Counted from the stretch's first letter, positions 1 to 11,371 are shown. The stretch is DNA of 64,000 nucleotides from Polyangia bacterium (GCA_050287845.1 JBNKCR010000055.1:32001-96000); one strand, 5' to 3'. Notes: a model not told the origin generated them from the sequence alone. Program-made: numbers and translations.

Positions 1-1
1 T

Positions 2-1570
2 GATCTCGTAAGATACACCCTTATTTCTTCAGATGATCTGGTAAACTGGACGGATCATGGCGAGGTCTTCGATGTGAAGGACATTCCCTGGGCCAATCAG
101 GCGTATGCGCCGACCGCTGTGGAGCGAGACGGGAAATACTATCTTTTCTTTCCAAACGGCGCGTCAGGCATTGGTGTGGTAGTCGCCGATCAGCCGGAAG
201 GTCCGTATCGGGATGAACTCGGACACGCACTGATTGATCGAAGCACACCCAACTGTGATGCAACCGGTGTTCCATGGCTGTTCGATCCGGCGATATTCAT
301 TGACGACGATGGGAAGGGGTATTTGTATTTTGGCGGCGGATATAACAATCCCCAACGGGAAAACCTCCAGGCGTCATATGCCCGCGGCGTTGCACTGGGC
401 GACGATCTCATGTCCCTCGCCGGAAGTGTGGTCACTATTCCCGTACCATATTTCTTCGAAGCGTCATTCATGCACAAACGGGACGATGTGTATTATTTCT
501 CCTACTCGTCAGATTTTGCGGAAGGCGCTGCTACCATCAGCTATGCCACAAGCACAGGCCCCCTGAGCGGATTTCAGTACGAGGGGGTTGCGTTGCCGGC
601 GCCTCCTGACAATCTCGGAAACAACAACCACGCATCCATCTTTGAATACGAGGGAGAATGGTACATCGCATACCACAACCGCGCCGTTTCCGGCGAAGCC
701 CACAGGCGCTCCGTCAATCTGGACAAGCTGGCGGGATACAACGAGGATGGGACGATTCGGGAGACCACCCCAACGAAGGAAGGTGTTGAACAGATTCGTT
801 ATGGAAATCCCTACGAAATCGTGCAGGCGGAAACCATTGACCGTGAAAGTGGTATTGAAACAGAATTTGTCACTTATGGCGAAGTGCATCTCGCTAATAT
901 TGAAAATGGTGACTGGACTCAGTTTACCGGTTTTGATTTTGGAGATGCCGGCGCAACCGAGGTGGAGTTCACGGTCTCCAGTGATACCCAGGGAGGCAGC
1001 ATTGAAATCCATATCGGTTCGCCGGATGGCGAATTGGCCGGCACCTGCGAAGTCCCCAACACCGGTGGCTGGCAGAACTGGCAGACCGTCAGTTGTTCAG
1101 TAAGTGGCCTTACCGGCGTTAAAACAGTTGTCTTCCGGTACACAGGCGGTAGCGGCAACCTGATGAATGTCGATTACTATCAGTTCATAGGTGACGAGGT
1201 CGATACAGAAACGTCAAGTGACGCCGATACCGATACGGACACTGATACCGATACGGACACTGACACCGATACGGATACTGACACCGATACAGATACTGAC
1301 ACTGATACAGATTCCGACTCCGATACGGATACGGATACGGATACGGATACGGATACGGATTCCGATTCTGACTCCGATGCGGATTCAGACACGGATTCCG
1401 ACGCGGACTCTGATTCAGATGCCGACTCCGACGCGGATTCCGATTCGGACTCTGATTCAGACGATGGAGATGCATCAGACTCCGGCAGCGAAAGCTGTAG
1501 CTGTACGGTACCTGATCGCCCCTTCCGTGCAACGGGATTGCTCTGGTACCTTCTGCAGCTGGCCCAATAA
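2..1570 (+). CDS. GH43 glycoside hydrolase (arabinoxylan arabinofuranohydrolase/xylosidase-like) with CBM6, Asp-Thr/Ser stalk and C-terminal Cys sorting-like signal; 5' end lies outside the window
   Basis: Frame open from base 2 ([20 protein letters not shown]); GH43 motifs [43 protein letters not shown]6 motifs [23 protein letters not shown]; ends SCSC...[11 protein letters not shown]. Confidence 0.92.
   Translation, partial: DLVRYTLISSDDLVNWTDHGEVFDVKDIPWANQAYAPTAVERDGKYYLFFPNGASGIGVVVADQPEGPYRDELGHALIDRSTPNCDATGVPWLFDPAIFIDDDGKGYLYFGGGYNNPQRENLQASYARGVALGDDLMSLAGSVVTIPVPYFFEASFMHKRDDVYYFSYSSDFAEGAATISYATSTGPLSGFQYEGVALPAPPDNLGNNNHASIFEYEGEWYIAYHNRAVSGEAHRRSVNLDKLAGYNEDGTIRETTPTKEGVEQIRYGNPYEIVQAETIDRESGIETEFVTYGEVHLANIENGDWTQFTGFDFGDAGATEVEFTVSSDTQGGSIEIHIGSPDGELAGTCEVPNTGGWQNWQTVSCSVSGLTGVKTVVFRYTGGSGNLMNVDYYQFIGDEVDTETSSDADTDTDTDTDTDTDTDTDTDTDTDTDTDTDSDSDTDTDTDTDTDTDSDSDSDADSDTDSDADSDSDADSDADSDSDSDSDDGDASDSGSESCSCTVPDRPFRATGLLWYLLQLAQ
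1220..1465 (+). repeat. (Asp-Thr/Ser/Ala)n dipeptide repeat stalk
   Basis: Degenerate GAY-ACN/TCN hexamer tandem repeat encoding DTDTDT...DSDAD. Confidence 0.95.
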
Positions 1571-1885
1571 ATCGCACATCTCAGATTCACCCAGTCTACA
1601 CAAACTCAAATTCATTCCCCCCCCAAAAAAAATTCGGGCCAGTACACCGGCAGGGCGATTTCAAATGCCATGGCCCCAATGATTATCCATTGACAGAGTA
1701 AAGCATACAGAGTCGTTCATCCAAATGCTGCAGGACGTGCAGCAGTGAGTTGTGCCTCCCCGATTATCCTCACAATCTGTTTCAGGGCGCATAGACGAAA
1801 CAGAAAAAAAGTCGTATCAAAAGAAGCCATGCACTACTGCTATATGCGCTCATTGCATCTCCCCTATTCTACTTCCACCTTGCAG

Positions 1886-2968
1886 ATGCAAGTACTCCTG
1901 AAGTTATCGGTCGCTATCGCCCTGACTTTTTTTCCGTGCATCATTCCACGGAAAGGACAGGCACAGGCTTTGTCAGATACAACTCAAACCACAGTGCTCA
2001 TGGTCGAAATCGAAGGTATCACTCCCAATTCCGCAGAGCTGCTCACGGCAATCCAGGCACAACTTTCCGCATCTCAAATCGAAATTCACAAAACCCGCGC
2101 CGACAACACGGAATACAAAAATATCTCCTATGTCGAAACCGCTTCCCTGCTGAGTAAAAACTACAATGCGCCAATCCTTTTCTGGATACAGGACTTCCCC
2201 GGAGAAACGACCATCTTTTTCTACAATACCATTGATGCGCCGAATCATATTTACCGGCGAATACTGAAATTCGAATCCACGAATCTTTCAAGCCGGTTCG
2301 AAGTGGTGGCCAACGCCGTTTCCGGACTGCTTGAAGAGTCCGTCGTGACACATCCGAAACGCCATGCCGGCACGAGTTTTCCCAGCCCGAAAGGAAGAGC
2401 ATTCACCGACCCCCATCCAACTGAAAAGCCCCATCCAAAAAGCACCAGCTCAGAACTGTCTGCATCCTACCGGGGGGCACTGTTCTCCAGTGACCGGTTC
2501 TCCAATGGCATCGAAATCGGCGTGGGCTTTCAACCGGGAACCCGGTTGGCTTTCAACATCTCATTCACCCAGAACCTGAGCATGAACTGGGAATCCGATG
2601 ATATTCGGCTGTCTGTCATGTCGCGAAATCTTTCAGCCGCCATCGCCATCAGAATCATTATGAAAACCGTCGAATTTCGACCGGGCATTCTGTGGTGCAC
2701 CAGCATACGAACCTACACAATCCGGGCGTCAACAGATACACTCCGTATTCGTGCCCCCAATTCAGAGGCCATTCACAGTATTGTTCCATTCATATCGATG
2801 CTGTGGCCCGTTCACGGAAATATCGCCGTGCTGGTAAGTATGGGAGCAAGTATCTCTCTAAATGAAACAGTCTACCAGATAACCCGCATTGAAAGCAGTG
2901 AACAAACAATGACAGCACCACTTCTGGTAAAGCCCACTGTTCTTTTGGGAATCATGGTGCTGTTATAG
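1886..2968 (+). CDS. Secreted protein with N-terminal domain, Pro-rich linker and probable C-terminal outer-membrane beta-barrel; paralog of 51313..52437
   Basis: Long ORF (1745..2968, start uncertain); signal peptide; alternating hydrophobic strands at C-terminus; shares AIQAQL/SIDAQL, LFWI/VLWL, HIYRR/HLFTR, VANAVSGLL/IASTVQAML with the 51313 ORF. Confidence 0.6.
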   Translation: MQVLLKLSVAIALTFFPCIIPRKGQAQALSDTTQTTVLMVEIEGITPNSAELLTAIQAQLSASQIEIHKTRADNTEYKNISYVETASLLSKNYNAPILFWIQDFPGETTIFFYNTIDAPNHIYRRILKFESTNLSSRFEVVANAVSGLLEESVVTHPKRHAGTSFPSPKGRAFTDPHPTEKPHPKSTSSELSASYRGALFSSDRFSNGIEIGVGFQPGTRLAFNISFTQNLSMNWESDDIRLSVMSRNLSAAIAIRIIMKTVEFRPGILWCTSIRTYTIRASTDTLRIRAPNSEAIHSIVPFISMLWPVHGNIAVLVSMGASISLNETVYQITRIESSEQTMTAPLLVKPTVLLGIMVLL

Positions 2969-3088
2969 GTGTCCGCCATTGAATGGCGAAAGATTCCTTA
3001 AAAAAAAGAGGCTCGGAAACTATGGGGAGTTTTGACCGGGATTTGTTCATTTCTCAAGCAGGGATATGAAAGGAAGAAATTGGAGCTA

Positions 3089-5887
3089 TCAATTTTTTCT
3101 TACTATTTCATATGTTTTACCGGCTTCCGTCTTAAAGTCATACACGTAGGTGTCTGGAATCAGCGGTGTGCTCAAGTTTGCAGAGGGCGAGATGAGGGGC
3201 GTTTTGACTCTGGCGGTTTTAAAATATAAATTTTCATTCGTGCCGGTCGCTTCGGTCAGCGCAGTTCCATCCCCCATCGTTACCTCGTTGGGAACCCGGA
3301 TACGACAGTTTCCACCCAGACTGGACTCAATTACAATCCGATCAACCTGTCTGTCGGTCCAACTGAATCCCACTTCAAATCCGCCGTATGTCCGAATTCC
3401 GCGAATCGCCCCGGTACTGGCCCATTCATCCGGCAATGCGGGCAGAATGTGAATGGCACCGTCGTGAGTCTGCAGCAGCATTTCAGTTATCCCGGCGGTG
3501 CAACCGAAATTTCCATCAATCTGGAACGGCGGATGCGCGTCAAAAAGGTTGGGATATGTGCCGCCACCTTCGCCACCATTTACCCCCGGATCCACCAGTG
3601 ACAACTGATCTGAAATCAATTTAAACGCGTGGTTGCCGTCCAGCAGCCGCGCCCAGAAATTCACCTTCCATCCCATCGACCACCCGGTAGATGCATCTCC
3701 GCGATGTTCCAGCGTCGTTCGCGCGGCATCGAACAGTTCAGGTTCGGTATATGGTGAAATCTGCTTTCCCGGATGCAATCCAAACAGATGCGACACGTGC
3801 CGGTGCTTGTCCGCGGGATTGTCCCAATCTTCCATCCATTCCTGCAACTGGCCAAAACTGCCAATCTGCATCGGTGGCATGCGGTCCAGCAGGCTCTGCA
3901 GTTCCGCAGCGAACGCGTTGTCTGTATCCAGTGCCTCGGCGGCCTGTATAGTATTGGTGAAAAGGTCAAACAGTATCTGCACATCCATGGTGGCCCCCGC
4001 CACCACCGGGGTGCCGTTACCGTTGGGTACATTCTCCGGCGAAGTGGAAGGGCTTACCACCAGCCAACCATTTTTCGGTTCCTCAATGAGGAAATCCTGA
4101 TAAAATTCACACGCGGATTTCATGATGGGATATACCGATTCCAGATAGTCCCGATCGCCTCCATACAGATATTTTTCAAACAGATGCTGCGACAGCCATG
4201 CGGCGCTCATGGGCCACATCCCCCAGGTGCTACCATCTACCACTCCCGTGATACGCCATAAATCCGTATTGTGGTGCGCCACCCAGCCATCACATCCATA
4301 CATGGTCTGTGCGGTTTCCTGCCCCGTCACCGACAAATCACGTATCATTTCAATCAATGGTTCATGCATCTCGGTCAGGTTGCATTTTTCAGCGGGCCAG
4401 TAATTCATTTCCGTGTTGATGTTAATGGTATATTTGCTATCCCACATCGGATCCGTTGACCCGTTCCAGACTCCCTGAAGATTGGCGGGCTGCGTCCCGG
4501 GTTGAGAACTGGATATCAGCAGGTAGCGGCCAAATTGATAATAGGTGGTGACGAGATCCGCATCGTGACTGCTGGAAAAATCCCGCACTCTGGCATCTGT
4601 TGTGCGGTCTGACATGGATGATGTCCCCAGATTCAGGGCAACGCGATTAAAATATGTCTGAAAGGCCGCCATGTGGGCATCTCTCAGTTCATCATAGGAT
4701 TTCGACTCCGCCGTCGAAAGAAAATCTGTCGCCCGTTTCACTTCATTGGCAGTGAGTGTCTGGTAATCCACAAAATTTGTGGCAATGGAAACCAGAATGA
4801 CAACCTCATCCGCATTGGATACGTCAATACTGTTCATTCCAGCGCCAACTGAACCACCATCGTTGAGCACCTTAATGCGGGTATCCGATTTCACCTGGCC
4901 GGTCACCCCTTCGTGAGTACTGGAAAGGCCGGTCGCTTCGAGGGTGTTGCCGTCAATGACGTTGAGCCCTTTCTGCAGTTGCCCCTCAATGCCGACGGAA
5001 AAACTCAGACTCCCAGCCTGGTCGGCAGACAGATGAATCACAATGACCTCATCCGGCTTTGATGCAAACACCTTGCGGGTATACGTCACCCCACCGACGT
5101 TGTAGGTGGTCGTGGCCACGGCATTTTTCAAATCCAGTTCCCGATAATAATCGGTATACCCATTGTGCCCCGGAAACGACAATTTCAAATCGCCAATGGT
5201 CTGATACTTGGCGCCGTGCAACCGGGTGGCTACCATGTTCTGGTCAATCAGTGTTGCCGCCCCTGAATAGTTCCCCTGAAAAATCAAATCCCTCACCTGC
5301 TGCAGCACACCCAATGAATTGGGATTGTCGTTTCTGGAAGGCCCGCCCGACCAGAAAGTGTCTTCATTCAACTGCAGAGTCTCTTCAGCTGGACCGCCGA
5401 ATACCATCGCCCCCAACCGACCATTGCCCACCGGAAGCGCTTCGTTCCAGACGCCGGCAGGTCGATCATACCACAGTTTCAGACTCCCCTCATCCACCTG
5501 AATATCGTCAACGGGGTCCGCATCCGAATCCGTATCGGAATCGGAATCGGAATCAGAATCGGAATCGGAATCCGCATCTGTGTCGCTGTCTGTGTCCCCG
5601 TCGCTGTCGCTATCCGTATCACTGTCGCTGTCCCCGTCGCTGTCGCTGTCCGTATCGGTATCACTGTCCGTATCGGCGTCAGTATCTGTATCGGCGTCGC
5701 TATCCGTATCAGTGTCGCTATCCGTGTCAGTGTCGCTATCGGCGTCTGTATCGCCATCTGTATCCGCGTCGCTGTCCGTATCTGAATCAGACACATTTTC
5801 CGTGTCACTGGATTTCGCATCATCGGAACAACCACCGACAAAACTCAACGCAAACAACATTAACAAAAATACTTCCCTGATACTCAT
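3089..5887 (-). CDS. GH95 alpha-L-fucosidase/alpha-L-galactosidase, lipoprotein with D-rich stalk
   Basis: GGAGG RBS before ATG 5887; lipobox VGGC; motifs [63 protein letters not shown]. Confidence 0.95.
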   Translation of the reverse strand: MSIREVFLLMLFALSFVGGCSDDAKSSDTENVSDSDTDSDADTDGDTDADSDTDTDSDTDTDSDADTDTDADTDSDTDTDSDSDGDSDSDTDSDSDGDTDSDTDADSDSDSDSDSDSDTDSDADPVDDIQVDEGSLKLWYDRPAGVWNEALPVGNGRLGAMVFGGPAEETLQLNEDTFWSGGPSRNDNPNSLGVLQQVRDLIFQGNYSGAATLIDQNMVATRLHGAKYQTIGDLKLSFPGHNGYTDYYRELDLKNAVATTTYNVGGVTYTRKVFASKPDEVIVIHLSADQAGSLSFSVGIEGQLQKGLNVIDGNTLEATGLSSTHEGVTGQVKSDTRIKVLNDGGSVGAGMNSIDVSNADEVVILVSIATNFVDYQTLTANEVKRATDFLSTAESKSYDELRDAHMAAFQTYFNRVALNLGTSSMSDRTTDARVRDFSSSHDADLVTTYYQFGRYLLISSSQPGTQPANLQGVWNGSTDPMWDSKYTININTEMNYWPAEKCNLTEMHEPLIEMIRDLSVTGQETAQTMYGCDGWVAHHNTDLWRITGVVDGSTWGMWPMSAAWLSQHLFEKYLYGGDRDYLESVYPIMKSACEFYQDFLIEEPKNGWLVVSPSTSPENVPNGNGTPVVAGATMDVQILFDLFTNTIQAAEALDTDNAFAAELQSLLDRMPPMQIGSFGQLQEWMEDWDNPADKHRHVSHLFGLHPGKQISPYTEPELFDAARTTLEHRGDASTGWSMGWKVNFWARLLDGNHAFKLISDQLSLVDPGVNGGEGGGTYPNLFDAHPPFQIDGNFGCTAGITEMLLQTHDGAIHILPALPDEWASTGAIRGIRTYGGFEVGFSWTDRQVDRIVIESSLGGNCRIRVPNEVTMGDGTALTEATGTNENLYFKTARVKTPLISPSANLSTPLIPDTYVYDFKTEAGKTYEIVRKN
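5520..5790 (-). repeat. (Asp-Ser/Thr/Gly)n stalk of GH95
   Basis: Hexamer tandem repeats encoding [11 protein letters not shown]... Confidence 0.95.
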
Positions 5888-6066
5888 TGGTTCGCCTCCA
5901 AAAAAATTGGCCATGCATATGATAAATGAAAACTGAGTATTCCCAGATGCCGAAGAGCACTCCCGATCATACCGTGGCGTAGCCCGCATAGTCTGATAAC
6001 GGGTGGATTACAGTGAATTTTCCAGGGGATGTCCTCATCCGCCCACTCTCCGTTTCAACGATGAAT

Positions 6067-7392
6067 TCACTGAGTCGACTCAAGCAGTCCCAGACCGTAA
6101 TAGAAATGCTCGTTCTCACCAACAACGCTGGTGTGCGTCAGACAACTGAACATGAACTGCATGGCGCATGTATTTACAGTCATGGTTTCATCCGGATTCC
6201 GCCTTACCAGTTCTCCGTGTTCGATACCACAATCCGGAATGTCACTGATATTCCCGACGTTATTTCTCGAAACAAATGGATTCGAGTCATCGGCTGCCAG
6301 GACTGCCCACTCACCATCCAGGCCAGTGGATGTCCACGAGCGATAATATCGTCCATTGCTGCCAAACGCCTCCACCAGCAGCAGGTACTTTTCGGTCCCT
6401 GCAATTCGATACACACTGCATCCTTCATACAAAGCGTTCACATTCAGGTCCCGCATCACTTCCACTGTCGTATCCGCCCTGAAACCATCCGGAAAAGCAT
6501 CTATCGTGGTTTGTGCACGATACAGAACGCCATTGGCTCTAGTGAAAAACAGAAAACAGTTCGTTTCATCGCAGATCACCCAATAATCCCAACCCAAACC
6601 TTCAACGTCCGGAGGCACATCCATAAATTCAGTCGGTGCCGACCACGACATCACCCCAGTCGGTTCGCTGCTCGTAGAGTACGCGGGCACCTGATTATCA
6701 ATCTGATAAACCAGATACCATTCCTGTCGCGGTGAAAAGAAAAACAATTGGGGTGCCGCCTTATAGGGAGCAAGGTTCGGATTGCTGTCTGCGGCAACCT
6801 TCCGTGCCGCTGTCACGTCGCTCCAATCTGTTCCTGTCAGATACACCATCCCCAACTGGGTACCGCCAGCGGTCGTTTCGTCCTGAACATTCACAGTCGC
6901 ATAAATATGCCAGTTTTCCTCAATAATGACGGCAGTCGGATCCTTTATGGCGATCATACCTGCCGGTTCATCCGGAAACACCAATTCAACGCGACCATTC
7001 CACGAAAAGGCATCCGGGAAGTCACAGGTCTCAACTGAATCAGTGTCACTCCCGGTTTCCATTTGCGTGTTACTGCCACCCTCTGTCTGAGTCTCTGTAT
7101 CTATATCCGTCTCATCTTCGGTCCCCGAATCAGTCCCGCTGTCCGAATCCGTGACAACATCTAATGCCGAACCGACTTCACTGTCACCGGTATCCGCTTC
7201 GGGGGCACTGGCACTTTCGCTATCTGCGTCTGCCCTATCACTATCTGTGTCACTGTCAGTATCGGAATTCGAATCCGCCACCGAATCTACTTCAGTTGCA
7301 ACAATTTCTTCAGCGATAATCGTGTGCTGTCCGCAACCGCAGAAACAGCTTAGAAAAACAAAAATCAGCTTTTTATAAAAGTTCATCACCAT
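6067..7392 (-). CDS. GH62 alpha-L-arabinofuranosidase, probable lipoprotein with acidic linker
   Basis: IKDPT, APQLFFF...WYLVYQ, DYWVICD, LYEG, HGELVR, DETMTV motifs with the catalytic D/D/E present; N-terminal FCGC lipobox-like sequence. Confidence 0.9.
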   Translation of the reverse strand: MVMNFYKKLIFVFLSCFCGCGQHTIIAEEIVATEVDSVADSNSDTDSDTDSDRADADSESASAPEADTGDSEVGSALDVVTDSDSGTDSGTEDETDIDTETQTEGGSNTQMETGSDTDSVETCDFPDAFSWNGRVELVFPDEPAGMIAIKDPTAVIIEENWHIYATVNVQDETTAGGTQLGMVYLTGTDWSDVTAARKVAADSNPNLAPYKAAPQLFFFSPRQEWYLVYQIDNQVPAYSTSSEPTGVMSWSAPTEFMDVPPDVEGLGWDYWVICDETNCFLFFTRANGVLYRAQTTIDAFPDGFRADTTVEVMRDLNVNALYEGCSVYRIAGTEKYLLLVEAFGSNGRYYRSWTSTGLDGEWAVLAADDSNPFVSRNNVGNISDIPDCGIEHGELVRRNPDETMTVNTCAMQFMFSCLTHTSVVGENEHFYYGLGLLESTQ

Positions 7393-7665
7393 TGTTCAGA
7401 TTGCTTCAAGCGAATACAGCCACTCTTACCGCGAATCGACCCGGCAACACAGCATTCACATCGCCGCGCACAACCGGGCAGCATTCCATGCACGCGGAAT
7501 GGTATTTGAAAACCCTGCTTGAATAAAGACATTACTGCATTTCCCACAGGAATGGGACACGCTGGAAACCGCTGCATCATGCTGGCTGAATCTGTTCCAG
7601 TTTCGCAGCCATATCATACTGCCGCACCACATTGATTCGGTTCATGGCGTCTTCAATGGCCTCAT

Positions 7666-8334
7666 CTATTTCGATTTATTCAGCCGTTCCAACGAAGCAT
7701 CCCGCAGCTCCCTGAGAATATCCGGAAGACTGCTGCGATTGGCGAAATTAATGATCCAGGTCGGAATGTTGCCGCCCGGATCTGCCATCAACGTATACCG
7801 AACTGTTGACTGACTGGAGGATTCATCTTTGCTGATAATGATACTGCCCCTGATATTTGAAACTCTGACGACGCCCTCTGTCGGCGGCGGCCCGAATCGG
7901 TTTGTGATTCGCCACTCCAGGCGATAAATTCCCCGTTCCGGGTTTTCAATTTTTTCATACCGGAGACAATAGTCACGCTTGGCCACCACCGGAAAATTCA
8001 CGAGCTGATAATTGTACCATACATTGGGATAGCGATCTTGCATCTCGTAAAACTGATTTTTCTCAACATACTTTTTGGTGGTTCTGCCAAAGGTCGAGGG
8101 ATCACATGCTGCGTCCAGAATGACTTCCGGCGATGCGGCAATGGTCATTCTGGCCCTCACTTCCCGAATTGTGGTGCCGGAGGTGGTTCTTGAATACACG
8201 ACAATGCCGTCACGGGTGGACTTCTCCCGCTCCCAGCCAACTCCCGCAAGAACGGCTGTGGCGATCAGCAACGGAATGACGACACCGAATATCGTCTTCG
8301 TTGATCTGTTTTCTGTAAATCTGTCCCAATTCAT
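7666..8334 (-). CDS. START-domain (lipid-binding) protein
   Basis: W...DGIVVYSR, FPVVAKRDY, ADPGGNIPTWIIN; N-terminal hydrophobic segment. Confidence 0.85.
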   Translation of the reverse strand: MNWDRFTENRSTKTIFGVVIPLLIATAVLAGVGWEREKSTRDGIVVYSRTTSGTTIREVRARMTIAASPEVILDAACDPSTFGRTTKKYVEKNQFYEMQDRYPNVWYNYQLVNFPVVAKRDYCLRYEKIENPERGIYRLEWRITNRFGPPPTEGVVRVSNIRGSIIISKDESSSQSTVRYTLMADPGGNIPTWIINFANRSSLPDILRELRDASLERLNKSK

Positions 8335-8676
8335 ACATATAACTTTCGGCGCTGGTGCATATTATTTTAGACAATCGTAACGGAATATTCCAACATGGCG
8401 CCTAACTTATATCACAATTTAATTCCGTTACGCCTGCTGCCAATCATATTTTCTGCCTTTATGTGACAGTAAATGGATGAGAATGTGACACTTATCGCCC
8501 AACACCGCCTCTATAGCGGCGGAATGCATCGGAAAAATGTGTGTATGCTGTCGCACAGGCATCGTTGCAAAACTGATTTTCACCACATTCAGTATTTCCA
8601 ACGAAGCTCCCGGCTCAAAAAGTATACTTTTCAGATATATTTTCATCTGCCGGATGGATGCCACAGGAACAGCAGT

Positions 8677-9366
8677 CTATAAATCAAAACTGGAAACTGC
8701 ACCGGTCAGCCCATATGACAAAAGCTCCATTTTCATCGACTCACCTTCAAATTTCACGAATCCGCTGATGGGAACCTCCGAATGCACAAATGCTGCATTC
8801 AGATTCTGATTTCCGAGTCTAAAGCTGGATACGATTCTGTCGCACCCGGAAAACGTACCCGCGGCCACAGAAATATCCCGTTTCATTGAAGTATCCCACT
8901 CCACATAAAAAGATTCTATAATATTGCTATACATCGATTGGGTCAACTGAATCACCGCGTCATCGTATTCAATAATCTCTTCGCCATCAAATCTTGCTAT
9001 CACCTTCTGAATATTGGAATTACGGGGGCTGGCGGGATTCATTTCCATCAGCATGCGGTACTCAATGGAGTTGTAATAGGATATCATGCTGTATTCCAGC
9101 CACAACGCACGGCCCTCCTGACCAACTATTTTATAACTGTAGATTGAAGGTTCTCCCTTTTCATCGGTCATGCGGTATTTTATCCATTGCCCCACCGCCA
9201 ACGGCACCGGATGCCCGGAACTGACTTCGTCAACATTTCGCGGCCCGGGTGTCCGGGCAAGTTCCGAATCCACCTGATTCTTAAGCTTCACGTTTACTCC
9301 GCCTGGCCCGCAGGCCATTGCCAGACATGCAAATCCCGCTAAAAAAGAAACTCCCCATAGTTTCAT
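8677..9366 (-). CDS. Hypothetical lipoprotein
   Basis: GGAG RBS; lipobox AMAC; VGQWIKY and ISVAAGTF motifs seen in secreted beta-rich proteins. Confidence 0.75.
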   Translation of the reverse strand: MKLWGVSFLAGFACLAMACGPGGVNVKLKNQVDSELARTPGPRNVDEVSSGHPVPLAVGQWIKYRMTDEKGEPSIYSYKIVGQEGRALWLEYSMISYYNSIEYRMLMEMNPASPRNSNIQKVIARFDGEEIIEYDDAVIQLTQSMYSNIIESFYVEWDTSMKRDISVAAGTFSGCDRIVSSFRLGNQNLNAAFVHSEVPISGFVKFEGESMKMELLSYGLTGAVSSFDL

Positions 9367-9808
9367 AGCTGCACTCCTGTTCAGTTATTGTGTTCCGACA
9401 TGAAATGTAATTTGCTCTGTTCTTAAACCGATTCTTACGGTAAGTGCAACCGGTTTTTTTGCCCACCATTGAAATGGGATAACAGCTAATTCAATCCAGC
9501 TGCAATAAACTGCAGTCTTGACCACAATTGACTCTGTTCCGCCATGATCAAAAATAAAATTTACATTTTTTTCTTTATCATGCCCCCCGATCCGGTACAG
9601 TGTTAAGATTATTAACTATGTTTGAGATCTATTTGAGCTGTTCTCACTGGATGAAGGTACTTGGATACGGGAAAATTGGAGCCTCTACACAGTTCAAGTG
9701 GCGAACCACTTGGTTCCTGTTTATTGAGGTTGCTCGTTGTCAATTCGAAATTGAAAAAGGATTTCAAAATCACGAAAACGGATACGTGATGAGCGAAAGG
9801 AAGCTGAA

Positions 9809-11371
9809 ATGAGCTTTGAGAATTTAATTTTTACTTCAAGTTCGATGTTGAATTTGAAGAAGGTGCTTGTTGTGTTTTGTCAGGTACTTATACTTCAAAT
9901 TGGCGTCATTTCAGTTGTAGGCTGTGGAGATGACTCCGCAGAAAGCTCGTCTGGAGATTCGGATTCCGACTCGGATTCTGATACGGATACCGATTCAGAC
10001 ACCGATACCGATTCAGACACCGACTCAGACACCGATACTGATTCAGACAGTGATTCAGACACGGACACCGATACGGACACCGATACCGATTCAGACACCG
10101 ACTCAGACACCGATACCGATTCAGACACCGATGCGGGGACCTGTCAGTACGAATGCCTTGCGCATTGCGTATCCTGGGGTGGTGCATCTATGGAAGGTAC
10201 ATGTGAGGACAATCTGCGATGTTGTGAAGGCGCTACCCCACCGGATGCGGATACCGATACGGATACCGATACGGATACCGATACAGATACCGATACCGAT
10301 ACTGATACTGATACCGATACCGACACCGATACAGATACGGATACCGATACGGACACCGATACAGATACCGTGCGACAACCTTGCGGTGAATCAGTGAACA
10401 GTATCAAGGATGCGGGAATGTGCCTGGATCCGCCACTGCTCATCGGAACGGCAGTCGGGACCAATACCTCAGGCATTCCATCCCAGGAGTTCAATTATTG
10501 GACTGCCGAAAATGATATGAAATGGCAAAATCTCGAACCCAGCGAAGGCAGTTTCAATTTTGGTGCCGGCGATACCATCGTGAATGCAGCCCAATCGCAG
10601 GGAATTCAGGTAAAGGGACATTGTTTTGTATGGCACAGTCAGTTAGCCTCCTGGGTGGAGGGGCAAACTGGCCGAGATAGACTCATCGGCATCATGAAAA
10701 ACCACATCGAAAAGGTAATGGACCGCTGGGGCGACAAGGTGAACACATGGGATGTGGTGAATGAAGCCATTCTGACCAATAGTGACACCGGAGATGGCAA
10801 TGCCAGAATGAGACCATCTGTGTTTTTTAACCAGGTTGGAGACGACTATATTGATCTCGCATTTCAGATGGCCAGAGACCATGCAGACGCCAAAGGCTGG
10901 AACAGCATGAAGTTTTACTACAACGATTACAGTATCGACGCTGACAACGATAAATCTCATTTTGCCCATGAAATGATCAAGGGAATGGTGGATCGCGGCG
11001 TTCCCATTGATGGCGTCGGTTTCCAGATGCATATTGGTACACCCAACAACATCCCCACTGCACAGGCGGTTGCCGACAATATGGATTTTTATATTGGTTT
11101 GGGGTTGGAAGTGCTCATTTCCGAAATGGACATCAACATTTGCGATGGCAAGGTCACCAAAGACCAACAACTGCAACTATATCATGATATCGCTGCGGCA
11201 TGCGTTGCTCGCCCCAAATGTGTTGCAATGACGTTCTGGGGAGTGAACGATGAAAGCTCCTGGCTAAATGGCTTTGCATGCGGCGGCGGCAATTCCCAGT
11301 CTCTACTGTTCAGCAATAATCAACGCAAAGACACCTATACGCAGGTGCTCAACGCATTGACAGGCAAATAA
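9809..11371 (+). CDS. GH10 endo-1,4-beta-xylanase, lipoprotein with two D-rich stalks and a six-Cys module
   Basis: Lipobox VVGC; TAENDMKW, GHCFVWHSQ, WDVVNE (acid/base), YNDY, IDGVGFQMH, ISEMD (nucleophile). Confidence 0.95.
   Translation: MSFENLIFTSSSMLNLKKVLVVFCQVLILQIGVISVVGCGDDSAESSSGDSDSDSDSDTDTDSDTDTDSDTDSDTDTDSDSDSDTDTDTDTDTDSDTDSDTDTDSDTDAGTCQYECLAHCVSWGGASMEGTCEDNLRCCEGATPPDADTDTDTDTDTDTDTDTDTDTDTDTDTDTDTDTDTDTDTDTVRQPCGESVNSIKDAGMCLDPPLLIGTAVGTNTSGIPSQEFNYWTAENDMKWQNLEPSEGSFNFGAGDTIVNAAQSQGIQVKGHCFVWHSQLASWVEGQTGRDRLIGIMKNHIEKVMDRWGDKVNTWDVVNEAILTNSDTGDGNARMRPSVFFNQVGDDYIDLAFQMARDHADAKGWNSMKFYYNDYSIDADNDKSHFAHEMIKGMVDRGVPIDGVGFQMHIGTPNNIPTAQAVADNMDFYIGLGLEVLISEMDINICDGKVTKDQQLQLYHDIAAACVARPKCVAMTFWGVNDESSWLNGFACGGGNSQSLLFSNNQRKDTYTQVLNALTGK
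9956..10368 (+). repeat. Two (Asp-Thr/Ser)n stalks flanking a Cys-rich module
   Basis: Hexamer repeats at ~9956-10132 and ~10244-10368. Confidence 0.95.

Noticed and set aside
1180..1682. Alternative-frame and antisense ORFs rich in SV/SE/IP/YP repeats (also around 5500, 10000, 21500)
   Set aside because: Shadows of the D-x hexamer repeats, which lack stops in several frames
7577..7680. Short minus-strand frame IEIDEAIEDAMNRINVVRQYDMAAKLEQIQPA
   Set aside because: Protein-like but too short, with no assignable family
9956..10368. Tandem repeats as a possible CRISPR array
   Set aside because: 6-bp coding periodicity, no repeat-spacer structure, no cas genes
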